Origin: Megasphaera elsdenii DSM 20460
GTDB lineage: Bacteria > Bacillota > Negativicutes > Veillonellales > Megasphaeraceae
NCBI RefSeq assembly: GCF_003010495.1
Contig: NZ_CP027570.1
Span: 180,001-212,000 of the forward strand
Direction: 5' to 3'
DNA length: 32,000 nt
Positions within the stretch are counted from its first letter, which is position 1; the number at the start of each line of letters is the position of its first letter. Shown here piece by piece: positions 16,321 through 24,434 of the stretch. The translations under genes and the position numbers were made by a program. Below the pieces are notes generated by a model, which saw nothing but the letters and a program-made list of their open reading frames with translations, was not told the DNA's origin and did not search any database.

Positions 16321-17435
16321 AACAAGCCGCTCCCGATCATGACGAATTTCGCCAGGAAATACAGGACCGGCACCAGGACAACGGCCAGGGCCGCGCCGTA
16401 TTCATAGGACTTGGCCTTGTCATAGGGCAGGGAGCCGGCCATCTTGCCGGTCTGGCCATTCATCATGAAGGTATAGGGCTTGCCGTCATAGCGCGTCGTC
16501 AAGATCCACACCGGTGCCATGGCGTATTCCACGGTCCCTTCGTCTTTATGGACGACGCCCTCTTCGAAAGTCCGCCGCTGATGATTGTCCACCGTGTCCT
16601 CCAGGATAGCAAAGGCACTCTGCGACAATCGTTCATCGGCTCTGGGCACGGCCGCTTCGGCGTCGATGTCGTATTTGTCGGCCAGATAGCCGGCAAAATA
16701 AGCAGGACTGAACGGGACCATCTCGCTGTAATCAAAGGGCTCGATGCTTTCCATATAAGTATCATCCATTTTCTGGCTGCCGTCGACAGGGATGCGGTGG
16801 AAAGCCAGGGTCCCCGTCCGGTCGCAGTGGTAGATGCTGGTCTCGATGAGCGTTTCGTCAGGCGTCTCGAAGACGGCATCGTCTTCAACCCGGAAAGCCG
16901 CCGTCGCCGTGACCTGGGCATGGAACAGCCAGAACGGGACGTACATGGGCTGGATGGCTTCGACGCGGTTGTTGGCCGTAAAGGCCCTGGGCAGAAGCCA
17001 GCGCCCCTGGTAAAACTGTTTCAGCGCCGCCACGGCTTCTTCTTTGGTCTTCTTGAAGGGGATGACGTAGTCGGGCTTGAGCATCCCGGAAAAGCGGCTG
17101 GGAATGAGCGTCGGGTTGCCACAGTAACAACATTCCGTGGCCATGGTATTCTCGTCGCAGACGATTTCAGCACCGCACGATGAACAGGTATAGGTCTGTA
17201 AATGAGCCGCTTCGTCATCGCTCCAGGCCTGACCGGCTCCGTCGGTCTTCCAGCGGACCTTGCGGGCCGCATCAGCCGCAGCGGCCCGCGCTTCCTTCTG
17301 GGCATAGAGCGCTTCCAGTGTCGGGACGTCGAATTTCGTATCGCAATAGTCACAAGTGACGGTCTTGTCTTTCGGCTTGAATTGCAGCGGTGCGCCGCAG
17401 TTCGGGCATTGATAGCTGACCGAGGTATCCGCCAT
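16317..17435 (-). CDS. Zinc-ribbon membrane protein (YdjG-like)
   Basis: ORF 16317..17444. I prefer ATG 17435 (MADTSVSYQCPNCG), with AGGTGA 5 nt upstream. Two CxxC...CxxC ribbons (CPNCG..CDYC; CSSCG..CCYCG) and a C-terminal TM helix. Confidence 0.7.
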   Translation of the reverse strand: MADTSVSYQCPNCGAPLQFKPKDKTVTCDYCDTKFDVPTLEALYAQKEARAAAADAARKVRWKTDGAGQAWSDDEAAHLQTYTCSSCGAEIVCDENTMATECCYCGNPTLIPSRFSGMLKPDYVIPFKKTKEEAVAALKQFYQGRWLLPRAFTANNRVEAIQPMYVPFWLFHAQVTATAAFRVEDDAVFETPDETLIETSIYHCDRTGTLAFHRIPVDGSQKMDDTYMESIEPFDYSEMVPFSPAYFAGYLADKYDIDAEAAVPRADERLSQSAFAILEDTVDNHQRRTFEEGVVHKDEGTVEYAMAPVWILTTRYDGKPYTFMMNGQTGKMAGSLPYDKAKSYEYGAALAVVLVPVLYFLAKFVMIGSGLL

Positions 17436-17445
17436 GGCCCTCACC

Positions 17446-18774
17446 TTACCTTTCCGGCTTCTTCGTACCGCAGTTCATGCAGAAATTCCCCGTATTGACG
17501 GTCCCGCAGGACGGGCAGGTCCAGGAAGCCGGTACCTGAGGCCGCGGTGCGCCGCAGTTGCTGCAGAAATTCCCCGTGTTCCCGGCCTGGCCGCATTTCG
17601 GGCAGGTCCAGGCAGCGGCAGCCTGCGGTTTAGGCTGTCCGCAGGCCATGCAGAAGTTCCCCGTATTGCCAGCCTGACCGCAAGAACAGGTCCAGCTGCC
17701 AGGTGCCTGGGCAGACTGCGCAGGCCTTGGCGAAGGCGTCTGAGCTGCCTGGCGGGATGCCAGTTCCTGAGCCAGACCGGCGCCGGCCTGATTGGCCATA
17801 TTCATTCCCATATAGCCCATGGCTGCGCCCATACCGCCTTCATTGGCAGCGGCAGCGCGCATGGAATCGGCCGTCGCGTCGACCAGGGTCCCCAGGCCGA
17901 TATCCGGTCGGGACATAGTCAAGCCCATCTGGACTTTCTGGATCTTTTCTTCGTCTTCTTCATTGGCCTTGACGCTGTTGATACCGATGGATACGATTTC
18001 GATTCCCCGCAGGTCGCGCCATTTCGGCGACAAGACGTCGTTCAGGGCCTGAGCCAGCTCCGGTGTATGACCGGGCAGCTGGGAATAGTCGATGCGCAGG
18101 GCCGAGACTCGGGCGAAAGCCGGCTGCAGAGCCGTCAGGAGTTCCGACTTGAGCTGGCTGTCGAGACGGCTCCGTTCGTAGACGTCGCCTTCATTACCGG
18201 CTACGTTCGTATAAAACAAGACAGGGTTGACGATGCGGTAACTGTATTCGCCGAAGCAGCGCAGGCGCATGAGTAATGCCAGGCCCGTCGTATCATCGTA
18301 GGATTTGAAAGGCACCTCGCTGGGCGTGCCGTACTTATTGCCGACGATTTCCTTGAGGTTGATGTAATAGACGCGCTGGTCCTTGCCCGTGTCGCCGCCG
18401 AAGGCAAAGCGTTCCTTCATCTGGCGGACGAGCAGGCGGAAGGACTCGCCCAGGTCGCCGGCATAGTCGCCATCGAAAATGGACGCTTCCGTCGACGCAT
18501 CATACGTATATTCGCCCGGTTCGGCGCAGACTTCGACGACTTTCCCCGATTCGACGATGAGCATACACTGACCGTTGTTGACAGCAATCCGTGAACCATT
18601 GGAAATGATATTGTCTTCGCCATCCGTATTGCTGCTGCGGCCATGGCGGCTGGTCTGCTTCTGACCTTTGGCCATCAAGATATTTTCATTCAAGCTGTCA
18701 CAGTAAAAAAACTCTTTCCACTGGTCGGCCAGGACGCCGCCGACAGCTCCGACAGCTGCTTTAATCAAACCCAT
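17446..18774 (-). CDS. SPFH/band-7 domain protein with three C-terminal zinc ribbons (YdjI / virion-core-protein-like)
   Basis: 442 aa. MGLIKAAVGAVGGVLADQWKEFF is a typical N-terminus of this COG4260-type family. The C-terminus has 3x WTCxxCG..NTGNFCxxCG. AGGAGGG RBS. Confidence 0.8.
   Translation of the reverse strand: MGLIKAAVGAVGGVLADQWKEFFYCDSLNENILMAKGQKQTSRHGRSSNTDGEDNIISNGSRIAVNNGQCMLIVESGKVVEVCAEPGEYTYDASTEASIFDGDYAGDLGESFRLLVRQMKERFAFGGDTGKDQRVYYINLKEIVGNKYGTPSEVPFKSYDDTTGLALLMRLRCFGEYSYRIVNPVLFYTNVAGNEGDVYERSRLDSQLKSELLTALQPAFARVSALRIDYSQLPGHTPELAQALNDVLSPKWRDLRGIEIVSIGINSVKANEEDEEKIQKVQMGLTMSRPDIGLGTLVDATADSMRAAAANEGGMGAAMGYMGMNMANQAGAGLAQELASRQAAQTPSPRPAQSAQAPGSWTCSCGQAGNTGNFCMACGQPKPQAAAAWTCPKCGQAGNTGNFCSNCGAPRPQVPASWTCPSCGTVNTGNFCMNCGTKKPER
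17449..17700 (-). repeat. Three tandem coding repeats (about 84-87 nt each) encoding zinc ribbons
   Basis: Plus-strand GCAGAA(A/G)TTCCCCGT(A/G)TT recurs three times. Protein repeats: WTCSCGQAGNTGNFCMACG / WTCPKCGQAGNTGNFCSNCG / WTCPSCGTVNTGNFCMNCG. Confidence 0.85.
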
Positions 18775-18803
18775 GAAGAATCCCTCCTATAATGATATGA
18801 TGT

Positions 18804-19484
18804 CTATTTTTCGCTTTTTCGCTGCCAGCGGCGGCTGCCAAAGAGGCCCGCTGCCAGCAGACAGACCATGATACCGGCCACGATGAGGCCGTGCGGATTG
18901 AAGTGGATAAGGTCGTAGCCCAGCCAGACTTCCATGCAGACGGCCAGGAACTTGCCGGTCATCGTCGCTGCCGCATGTTCACCGAAGCGGACACGACTCA
19001 AAGCGCAGAGGGCGGTGACAACGAAATTCGGCGAATATGGGATGGCCCGTAAGAAAAAGATGAGCCGGAAATCAATCTTGCGGTTCAGCTTCGACAGCCA
19101 GCGGCTCTTGTCGACCAGGGCCTGTGCCTTGTGGCGGAAGACATAGCGCATGATGACGAAGGCCAGGATATTGCCCAGGACCTGGCCGGCCCAGGAAATG
19201 ACGATGCCCGGCAGCAAGCCGAACAAGATGCCATTGACCGTGACGAACTGGACCGACGGCAGGCCGGTCATATTGGTCAGGACGATGAGCAAGATCATGA
19301 GGACCACGGCGATACTGCCAAAAGAAGAAATATACGACGTCAGCCCCGGTATATCATGGCTCACCGTCAGCTGCCATAACGTACTGTAAAACGAGGGAAT
19401 GGCCCAGTGAATCGCAAAAAACAAGGCCACAATCAGCCCCAGCGTCAAAGGCTTCATCAAATTCGCAATCATCGATCGATTCAT
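18804..19484 (-). CDS. TVP38/TMEM64 (DedA-related, SNARE-associated) family membrane protein
   Basis: 226 aa and polytopic. 4-nt ATGA overlap with the upstream def-like gene. Confidence 0.7.
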   Translation of the reverse strand: MNRSMIANLMKPLTLGLIVALFFAIHWAIPSFYSTLWQLTVSHDIPGLTSYISSFGSIAVVLMILLIVLTNMTGLPSVQFVTVNGILFGLLPGIVISWAGQVLGNILAFVIMRYVFRHKAQALVDKSRWLSKLNRKIDFRLIFFLRAIPYSPNFVVTALCALSRVRFGEHAAATMTGKFLAVCMEVWLGYDLIHFNPHGLIVAGIMVCLLAAGLFGSRRWQRKSEK

Positions 19485-19891
19485 ATGATGATACCGTCCA
19501 AGTGGTCACATTCATGCTGGATAATCTGGGCTGTCCATCCTGTGAAGGTCTGACGGTGCTTGCGGAAACGGCGGTCCTGGTAGAAGACTTGTATCTTCCG
19601 ATACCGCGTCGTCTTTCGCTTACCGACCAAGGACAGGCACCCTTCTTCTGCTGGGAAAGGATCTGCCTTCTTTTCGATGACCGGATTGATGAGGATTTCG
19701 TCGCCCCCTTCTGTATGGACGACGATGATGCGTTTTAACGAGCCTATCATGTTGGCGGCCATGCCAACACAAGTCATGCGATTGGCCTTCAGCGTATCGA
19801 GAAGATCCTGAACGACGGGCAAATCCGCTTTCGTCGCTATTTCAGATTGACGGCCCAAGAAAATGACGTCATGAACGATATTGCGAATCAT
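19481..19891 (-). CDS. def: Short peptide-deformylase-family protein (divergent motif 1)
   Basis: ORF 19481..19906. ATG 19891 (MIRNIVHD) follows AAAGGA. Motifs GMAANMIG (canonical G-x-A-A-x-Q, here Q->M), EEGCLS and QHECDHLDG. Confidence 0.7.
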   Translation of the reverse strand: MIRNIVHDVIFLGRQSEIATKADLPVVQDLLDTLKANRMTCVGMAANMIGSLKRIIVVHTEGGDEILINPVIEKKADPFPAEEGCLSLVGKRKTTRYRKIQVFYQDRRFRKHRQTFTGWTAQIIQHECDHLDGIII

Positions 19892-20030
19892 AGTTTTTCC
19901 TTTCATAAAAAATAGACCATAGAAAATACCAATACTTACCTATACGTAAGGGCCTAACTTAAAAGTGCCCTCTTTTATAAATGAGAAATATTATTTATAA
20001 TAAAGTCATCAACAAAGGAGGTTCTTTCAC

Positions 20031-20492
20031 ATGAACAAAAAAGCAATTTTTTTAGGCTTGGCCCTGGCCCTCGTCGGCTGCCTGCCCATGGGTGCGTCTT
20101 TCGCAGCCGGTACGCCTCATTTCAAGAACAATAAAGCCGTAGCTGAATATTTCTGGAACGAAGTATTCAACAAACACGACACCGCCGTCATCGACACCAT
20201 GGTCGGTCCGAAATACAAACAGCACAGCCCGGAATTTGCCGATGGCAAACAGGCCTTTAAGGACGGCGTCAGCGGTTTCCTGAAAGCTTATCCGGACAGC
20301 ACGGCCGTCATTAAGCACATCGGCGCCGATGGCGACCTGGTCTTCATCCACAACCACATCAAGCTCAACAAAGAAGACCGCGGTCAGGCAGCTGTCGACA
20401 TCTTCCGCATCAAAGACGGGAAAATCGTCGAACACTGGGACGTCATCCAGGATATACCGGAAAAAGCGGCCAACGACAATACCATGTTCTAG
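20031..20492 (+). CDS. SnoaL-like / NTF2-fold protein with signal peptide (possible lipoprotein)
   Basis: 153 aa. Signal peptide with an LVGC lipobox-like site. The FWNEVFNKHD...YKQHSP...IVEHWDVIQ pattern matches SnoaL-like predicted ester cyclases. AAAGGAGG RBS. Confidence 0.7.
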   Translation: MNKKAIFLGLALALVGCLPMGASFAAGTPHFKNNKAVAEYFWNEVFNKHDTAVIDTMVGPKYKQHSPEFADGKQAFKDGVSGFLKAYPDSTAVIKHIGADGDLVFIHNHIKLNKEDRGQAAVDIFRIKDGKIVEHWDVIQDIPEKAANDNTMF

Positions 20493-20496
20493 ATTT

Positions 20497-20640
20497 TTCA
20501 AAAGGGGCTATCGCATGAAGGTTCTATCATCATGCGAGGTCCCTTTCACTTTATAGTCTGTCGGAGTTTGTAGTTTTCAGAGAAAGCCTTTTAATTGAAA
20601 GCCATCCGCTAACAACTAACTGCTAGCCACTAACAACTTA
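20497..20640. repeat. Family-2 intergenic repeat mosaic, second copy
   Basis: AGTTTGTAGTTTTCAGAGAAAGCCTTTTAATTGAAAGCCATC aligns with 4746..4790. GCGGATGG(A/C)TTTCAATT is shared in inverted orientation with 4892..4910. The hairpin core TCGCATGA is shared. A GTTGTTAG/GTGGCTAG word run lies at 20611..20640. Confidence 0.6.
20504..20550 (+). terminator. Terminator-like hairpin after the SnoaL-like gene
   Basis: TCGCATGA-11 nt-TCATGCGA, extended by GGG/CCC, followed by a weak T tract. Confidence 0.45.
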
Positions 20641-20967
20641 AAAAGGCTTGCCAAAAAAGCCGTCGACCCAGCCGTTGATTCCCTGCATGACGCGGATTAG
20701 CTTTTCGCCTCTGTCGGTCAGGCTGTAGGCCACCGTCGGCGGTACCGTGGCATGGACAGTCCGCGTAATCAAGCCGTTGCGCTCGAAGACGTGGAGGTTT
20801 TCCGTCAGCACTTTGGCACTGATGCCCGGCAGGCACCGCTGCAGGCTGGCAAAGAACACCGGACCGTCTGCCAGGGCCAGCAAAATAGACGTCCGCCATT
20901 TCCCCTTGATGATGTCGATGAAGCAATCGAAGGGGCAATCATAGGCTTTGCCATCAAACGAATACAT
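20638..20967 (-). CDS. HxlR-family winged-helix transcriptional regulator
   Basis: 109 aa. CPFDCFIDIIKGKWRTSILLAL and VAYSLTDRG are typical of HxlR. Confidence 0.85.
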   Translation of the reverse strand: MYSFDGKAYDCPFDCFIDIIKGKWRTSILLALADGPVFFASLQRCLPGISAKVLTENLHVFERNGLITRTVHATVPPTVAYSLTDRGEKLIRVMQGINGWVDGFFGKPF

Positions 20968-20982
20968 AGAGCTCCTTCCCTT

Positions 20983-22293
20983 CTAGTAATCTTCATCCCA
21001 GGCGTTGATGACGACCGGTTCTTTTTCCAGCAGCGCTAATTGTTCCGGGCTGAAATGACGGCGGTCGATGACAGCTTCATAGACAAATTCCTGGAAATAA
21101 GCTTCAGAGCAGACGAAATAGCCTTTGTCGCCGACATCCTTGCCCCAGGAATTTTCGATTTTCCAGCGGTCCGGCTGGCCGTCCTTGTCGAAATGGACAC
21201 CTGTGAGAAGCATAGCGTGCGTCGCCGAACTGCCGTTATATTCCAGGCGCTTGCCTTTGGGCATATCCGTGGAAAAACCGCCCAGAAGGGCTTCGTACTG
21301 GACGCTATCTGGATCCCAGATACCTTCCTTACGGGCGCCGAAGGCCCCGGCATCGCAGGCGAACCAGATGGCCTGACCGTTTTTCAACTGTTTGACGCAG
21401 AGTTCTTCCAGGGCTTCCTGCGACAGGTTCAGGGCCTTCATGTCGCAGCCGGCCATATTTTCGACGGCATGGAACTGGATGGGCGTATCCAGCGGCTTAT
21501 CTGCCGTCGGTTCATTGATGACGGCGACATAATCGCGCAGGGACAGGCCGACGTATTTCTGATAGAAAGCCTGCGGCGTCAGGTCCCGCTCTTCATGGTA
21601 GTTGCCGTCTTTATCGCGGTAGGCGAAGTCAAAGGTCTGGACAGGCTGGCCAAAGGCGATGCAGGCAGCCTTGTAGACTTCGGCCATCATGGCCGCCTTG
21701 CGCGGATACGGGTCCGCACCGGCCTGGACGAGTTCCCGCAACTCCATGGCATCTTTGCGCAGGAGGCGGTTCAATGTCGCTACAAAGCGGTCTGTGTGGT
21801 TGGACTGATACGTTTCCGGCTGGACCTGTTTGGGCACGACGCCGTATTTTTCGATGAGGTCCACGGCTTCGCTCCAATAGCCGCCGTCAGTCATGCCCCG
21901 CAGGACGTACTGCATGAGCTGGCCTTTTATGGGTTCCTGGGCGTTGTCGATAACCATTTCCAGGAAATTGTTGGCTTTTTCCAATTTATCGTAAAAAGAC
22001 AAGTAATTCTGGGACAGCTCGAACTGGTCGAGGTGGCACGTTTCGGCCACCGTTTCCCGCAGGATATTCAAAGACGCAAAGAGCCAGCAACGGCCGGATT
22101 TCTGCTGGGCTGTAATCCCCCGGGTCTTCACTTCCACAGAAAAAGCGCCCTTGAGACGGGCACCGGCTCCGGGAACATAAGCTAGGTCGGCCATATCCGT
22201 CTTGGCCAGGGCCGAATGCAGGACCTGGGCCTGCCCGTCCGCGTCATAAGAGGCGCGGAGCTGGGCTAACATATCATTCGTAATCTCTTTCAT
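20983..22293 (-). CDS. pepC: Aminopeptidase C (bleomycin-hydrolase-like cysteine peptidase, C1B)
   Basis: ORF 20983..22326. ATG 22293 (MKEITNDML) follows AGGGGG. Active-site context QKSGRCWLFA. Confidence 0.9.
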   Translation of the reverse strand: MKEITNDMLAQLRASYDADGQAQVLHSALAKTDMADLAYVPGAGARLKGAFSVEVKTRGITAQQKSGRCWLFASLNILRETVAETCHLDQFELSQNYLSFYDKLEKANNFLEMVIDNAQEPIKGQLMQYVLRGMTDGGYWSEAVDLIEKYGVVPKQVQPETYQSNHTDRFVATLNRLLRKDAMELRELVQAGADPYPRKAAMMAEVYKAACIAFGQPVQTFDFAYRDKDGNYHEERDLTPQAFYQKYVGLSLRDYVAVINEPTADKPLDTPIQFHAVENMAGCDMKALNLSQEALEELCVKQLKNGQAIWFACDAGAFGARKEGIWDPDSVQYEALLGGFSTDMPKGKRLEYNGSSATHAMLLTGVHFDKDGQPDRWKIENSWGKDVGDKGYFVCSEAYFQEFVYEAVIDRRHFSPEQLALLEKEPVVINAWDEDY

Positions 22294-22361
22294 AAATTTT
22301 CCCCCTTTTATCATTTCCCATCCCAATACGGACGGGAATCGTCACATCGCCTGAACCGCTC

Positions 22362-22506
22362 CGTAGGGGACGTCCTGCTAAGGCGTCCCGCTGTGAATCT
22401 TGGATATAACTATTCGGTATATGAGGAATGTTTTCACACATCACCCGTTATGCATTACGTATACACCATCATATCAGGCGGGCCGCCCTTTGGGACGGCC
22501 CCTACG
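22362..22506. repeat. REPIN-like inverted doublet C (variant hairpins)
   Basis: CGTAGGGG + GGGACGTCC-tgctaa-GGCGTCCC (22362..22389). GGGCCGCCC-tttg-GGACGGCCC + CCCCTACG (22480..22506). About 90-nt unrelated spacer. Confidence 0.6.
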
Positions 22507-23743
22507 AATGTTGGGCTGCCCGTTTGGCGATTTCGATGACCGTTTCGCAGGCCTTGACCAGGGACGGAATGGGCAGATATTCATAGCGCCCGTGGAAATT
22601 GGCTCCGCCTGTGAACAGGTTCGGGCACGGCAGGCCCCGGAACGAGAGCTGGGCTCCATCGGTGCCGCCGCGGATAGGTGCAACCTGCGGCGTGACGCCG
22701 GCCGCTTCCATGGCTTCTTTGGCCAGGTCGACGACATCCATGTGGCCGTCTTCGATTTTTTCCAGCATATTATAGTAGACATCGTGCGGCGTGACGACGA
22801 CCGTCCCGTCGCCATATTTTTCATTGAAGAAATCTGCCATCTGCTGCAGCAAGGCCTTGCGCCGTTCAAAATGCTGGCGGTCGTGATCGCGGACGAGCAT
22901 GTGCATGGTGCACGTTTCGACGTCGCCATGCAGCTTATAGACGTGGAAGAAGCCTTCATGGCCTTCGGTGTATTCCGGTTTTTCCCCGGCCGGCAGGAGC
23001 TGCTGCCATTCTGCGGCAATCGACAATGCGTTGACCATCTTTCCTTTGGCGTCGCCTGTATGGACGCTGCGGCCATGGAAGGTGATGACCGGGTTGGCAG
23101 CATTGAAGTTTTCATATTCCAGACCGCCCAGTTCGCCGCCGTCGACAGTATAGGCAAAGTCGGCAGCAAACTGCTTCACATCGAACAAAGCCGCACTGCG
23201 CCCCGTTTCTTCATCAGGCGTAAAGCCGATGCGGATCGTTCCGTGAGCGATATCCGGGTGCTGGATGAGGTATTCCATAGCGCTGACGATAGCCGTGATG
23301 CCCGCTTTATCGTCGGCCCCGAGGAGGGTCGTCCCATCCGTGAAGAGGATGTCCTGACCCTTGTATTTCAGGACTTCTGGAAAAGCCTTCGTCGAAAAGA
23401 CGAGGCCCTGTGCTTCGTTGAGGACGACGTCCTTCCCGTCATAATCAGTGACCCGGACGGGCTTGATGTCCCTCCCCGATGCATCGGGACTGGTATCGAC
23501 ATGGGAAATGAAGCCGACGACCGGGCCTTCTGCCCCATTGGCCGGCAGCGTGGCCATGATATATCCGTGTTCATCCAAGGTGACATCGGACAAGCCGATG
23601 GCCTTCAGTTCCTCTGCCAAAGCCTTGGCAAAGACCAGCTGTCCCGGTGTACTCGGGCAGACGGCATCATTGTCTTCATCGGACTGGGTATCAAAAGAAA
23701 CATACTTCAAAAAACGCTGTACAACGTGTTCCGTGTCTATCAT
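22502..23743 (-). CDS. pepT: Peptidase T (tripeptide aminopeptidase, M20B)
   Basis: ORF 22502..23752. I prefer ATG 23743 (MIDTEHVVQRFLKYV), about 10 nt after AAGGAG. HVDTSPD and GADDKAG motifs. The stop TAG lies inside the repeat terminus. Confidence 0.9.
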   Translation of the reverse strand: MIDTEHVVQRFLKYVSFDTQSDEDNDAVCPSTPGQLVFAKALAEELKAIGLSDVTLDEHGYIMATLPANGAEGPVVGFISHVDTSPDASGRDIKPVRVTDYDGKDVVLNEAQGLVFSTKAFPEVLKYKGQDILFTDGTTLLGADDKAGITAIVSAMEYLIQHPDIAHGTIRIGFTPDEETGRSAALFDVKQFAADFAYTVDGGELGGLEYENFNAANPVITFHGRSVHTGDAKGKMVNALSIAAEWQQLLPAGEKPEYTEGHEGFFHVYKLHGDVETCTMHMLVRDHDRQHFERRKALLQQMADFFNEKYGDGTVVVTPHDVYYNMLEKIEDGHMDVVDLAKEAMEAAGVTPQVAPIRGGTDGAQLSFRGLPCPNLFTGGANFHGRYEYLPIPSLVKACETVIEIAKRAAQHS

Positions 23744-23779
23744 AGTAATCATTCTCCTTCTTTAAGAATCGTTAATTCA

Positions 23780-23808
23780 ATTTTATGCCGTTATCGGCAA
23801 TTTATCAA
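23780..23808 (-). promoter_or_regulatory. Sigma-70 promoter of pepT
   Basis: Minus strand TTGATA (23808..23803), 17 nt, TAAAAT (23785..23780), 37 nt upstream of the ATG. Confidence 0.55.
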
Positions 23809-23849
23809 TCGTTTAACTTGAATATTTTCATAAGATAAATTGCCGATAA
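23791..23849. repeat. Perfect 14-bp inverted repeat TTATCGGCAATTTA / TAAATTGCCGATAA with a 31-nt loop
   Basis: Arms at 23791..23804 and 23836..23849. The left arm lies in the spacer/-35 of the pepT promoter. The right arm abuts the stop codon of the truncated methyltransferase ORF. Confidence 0.8.
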
Positions 23850-24248
23850 TCAGTCACGCAGCCGCAGGACCAGGATTTTTTCCCGGTCGTCGTCGCCAGC
23901 GAACAGTGGCGGGATTTCATACTCCACGGCATCGGCCAGGACGAAAGTCACGCGCCGCCGCGACGCTGCCGTCTGCCCATTGGCCAGGGCTTTTTCCCAC
24001 AGCCGCCGGTCGTATTCCACACCGATGGCCTGACAGCGCATCTGATAAGCCAGGAAGAAGCTGACCCGTCCTTTGCCGCTGCCGTAATCGATGAGCGTAT
24101 CCTTCTTGCCGATATAGCCGCTGTTGGCCAATCGTTCGAGGACGCCGTAATCCGTCGGCTCATAAGGATGGTGCTCCCCATCGGAATGGCTGTCGTCGCG
24201 GCCGGCCGTCCTGATATTCAATATATGTTCCCATTCCTGTTCGTCCAT
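23850..24248 (-). CDS. Class I SAM-dependent methyltransferase, probably 3'-truncated (copy 1)
   Basis: ORF 23850..24251. Start ATG 24248 (MDEQEWEHI, matching the copy-2 stub). Motif I LIDYGSGKGR and post-I GVEYD. At only about 132 aa, the distal half of the Rossmann fold is absent. The last ~20 codons look like read-through into unrelated DNA. Confidence 0.55.
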   Translation of the reverse strand: MDEQEWEHILNIRTAGRDDSHSDGEHHPYEPTDYGVLERLANSGYIGKKDTLIDYGSGKGRVSFFLAYQMRCQAIGVEYDRRLWEKALANGQTAASRRRVTFVLADAVEYEIPPLFAGDDDREKILVLRLRD

Positions 24249-24308
24249 CATAGGCCCTCCCTAACGTAATCTGATACCTATTATAACCCGATTCCAGGGA
24301 ATAGCAAA

Positions 24309-24340
24309 AGGCGCTGTCCCATGAAGACAGCGCCTTTTTC
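24309..24340. terminator. Bidirectional terminator hairpin between the LRAT-like gene 1 and methyltransferase 1
   Basis: AGGCGCTGTC-ccatgaa-GACAGCGCCT, with T tracts on both strands. Confidence 0.6.
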
Positions 24341-24434
24341 TGTAGGGGCGCCACGTGGGGCGCCCGTTCACTCAAATCCGGTTCACAAGTATCGTACAAT
24401 ACCTGACGGGCTCGCCACGTGCGAGCCCCTACAA
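24340..24434. repeat. REPIN-like inverted doublet B
   Basis: CTGTAGGGG + GGGCGCC-acgtgg-GGCGCCC (24340..24365). GGGCTCGC-cacgt-GCGAGCCC + CCCCTACA (24408..24433). Confidence 0.7.

Noticed and set aside
23795-23812. FNR/CRP-type site at the pepT promoter (pepT is FNR-activated in enterics).
   Set aside because: Only a TTGAT half-site (the -35 itself) is present. There is no ATCAA partner at N4 spacing.
22400-23821. 473-aa plus-strand ORF, longer than pepT itself. Similar long plus-strand ORFs occur at 21040..22185, 6283..7101, 25106..25858 and 25834..26583.
   Set aside because: Each lies exactly antisense to a gene with clear family motifs. They have no RBS and no recognisable domains, and their R/D/G/F-rich composition is typical of shadow frames in GC-rich coding DNA.
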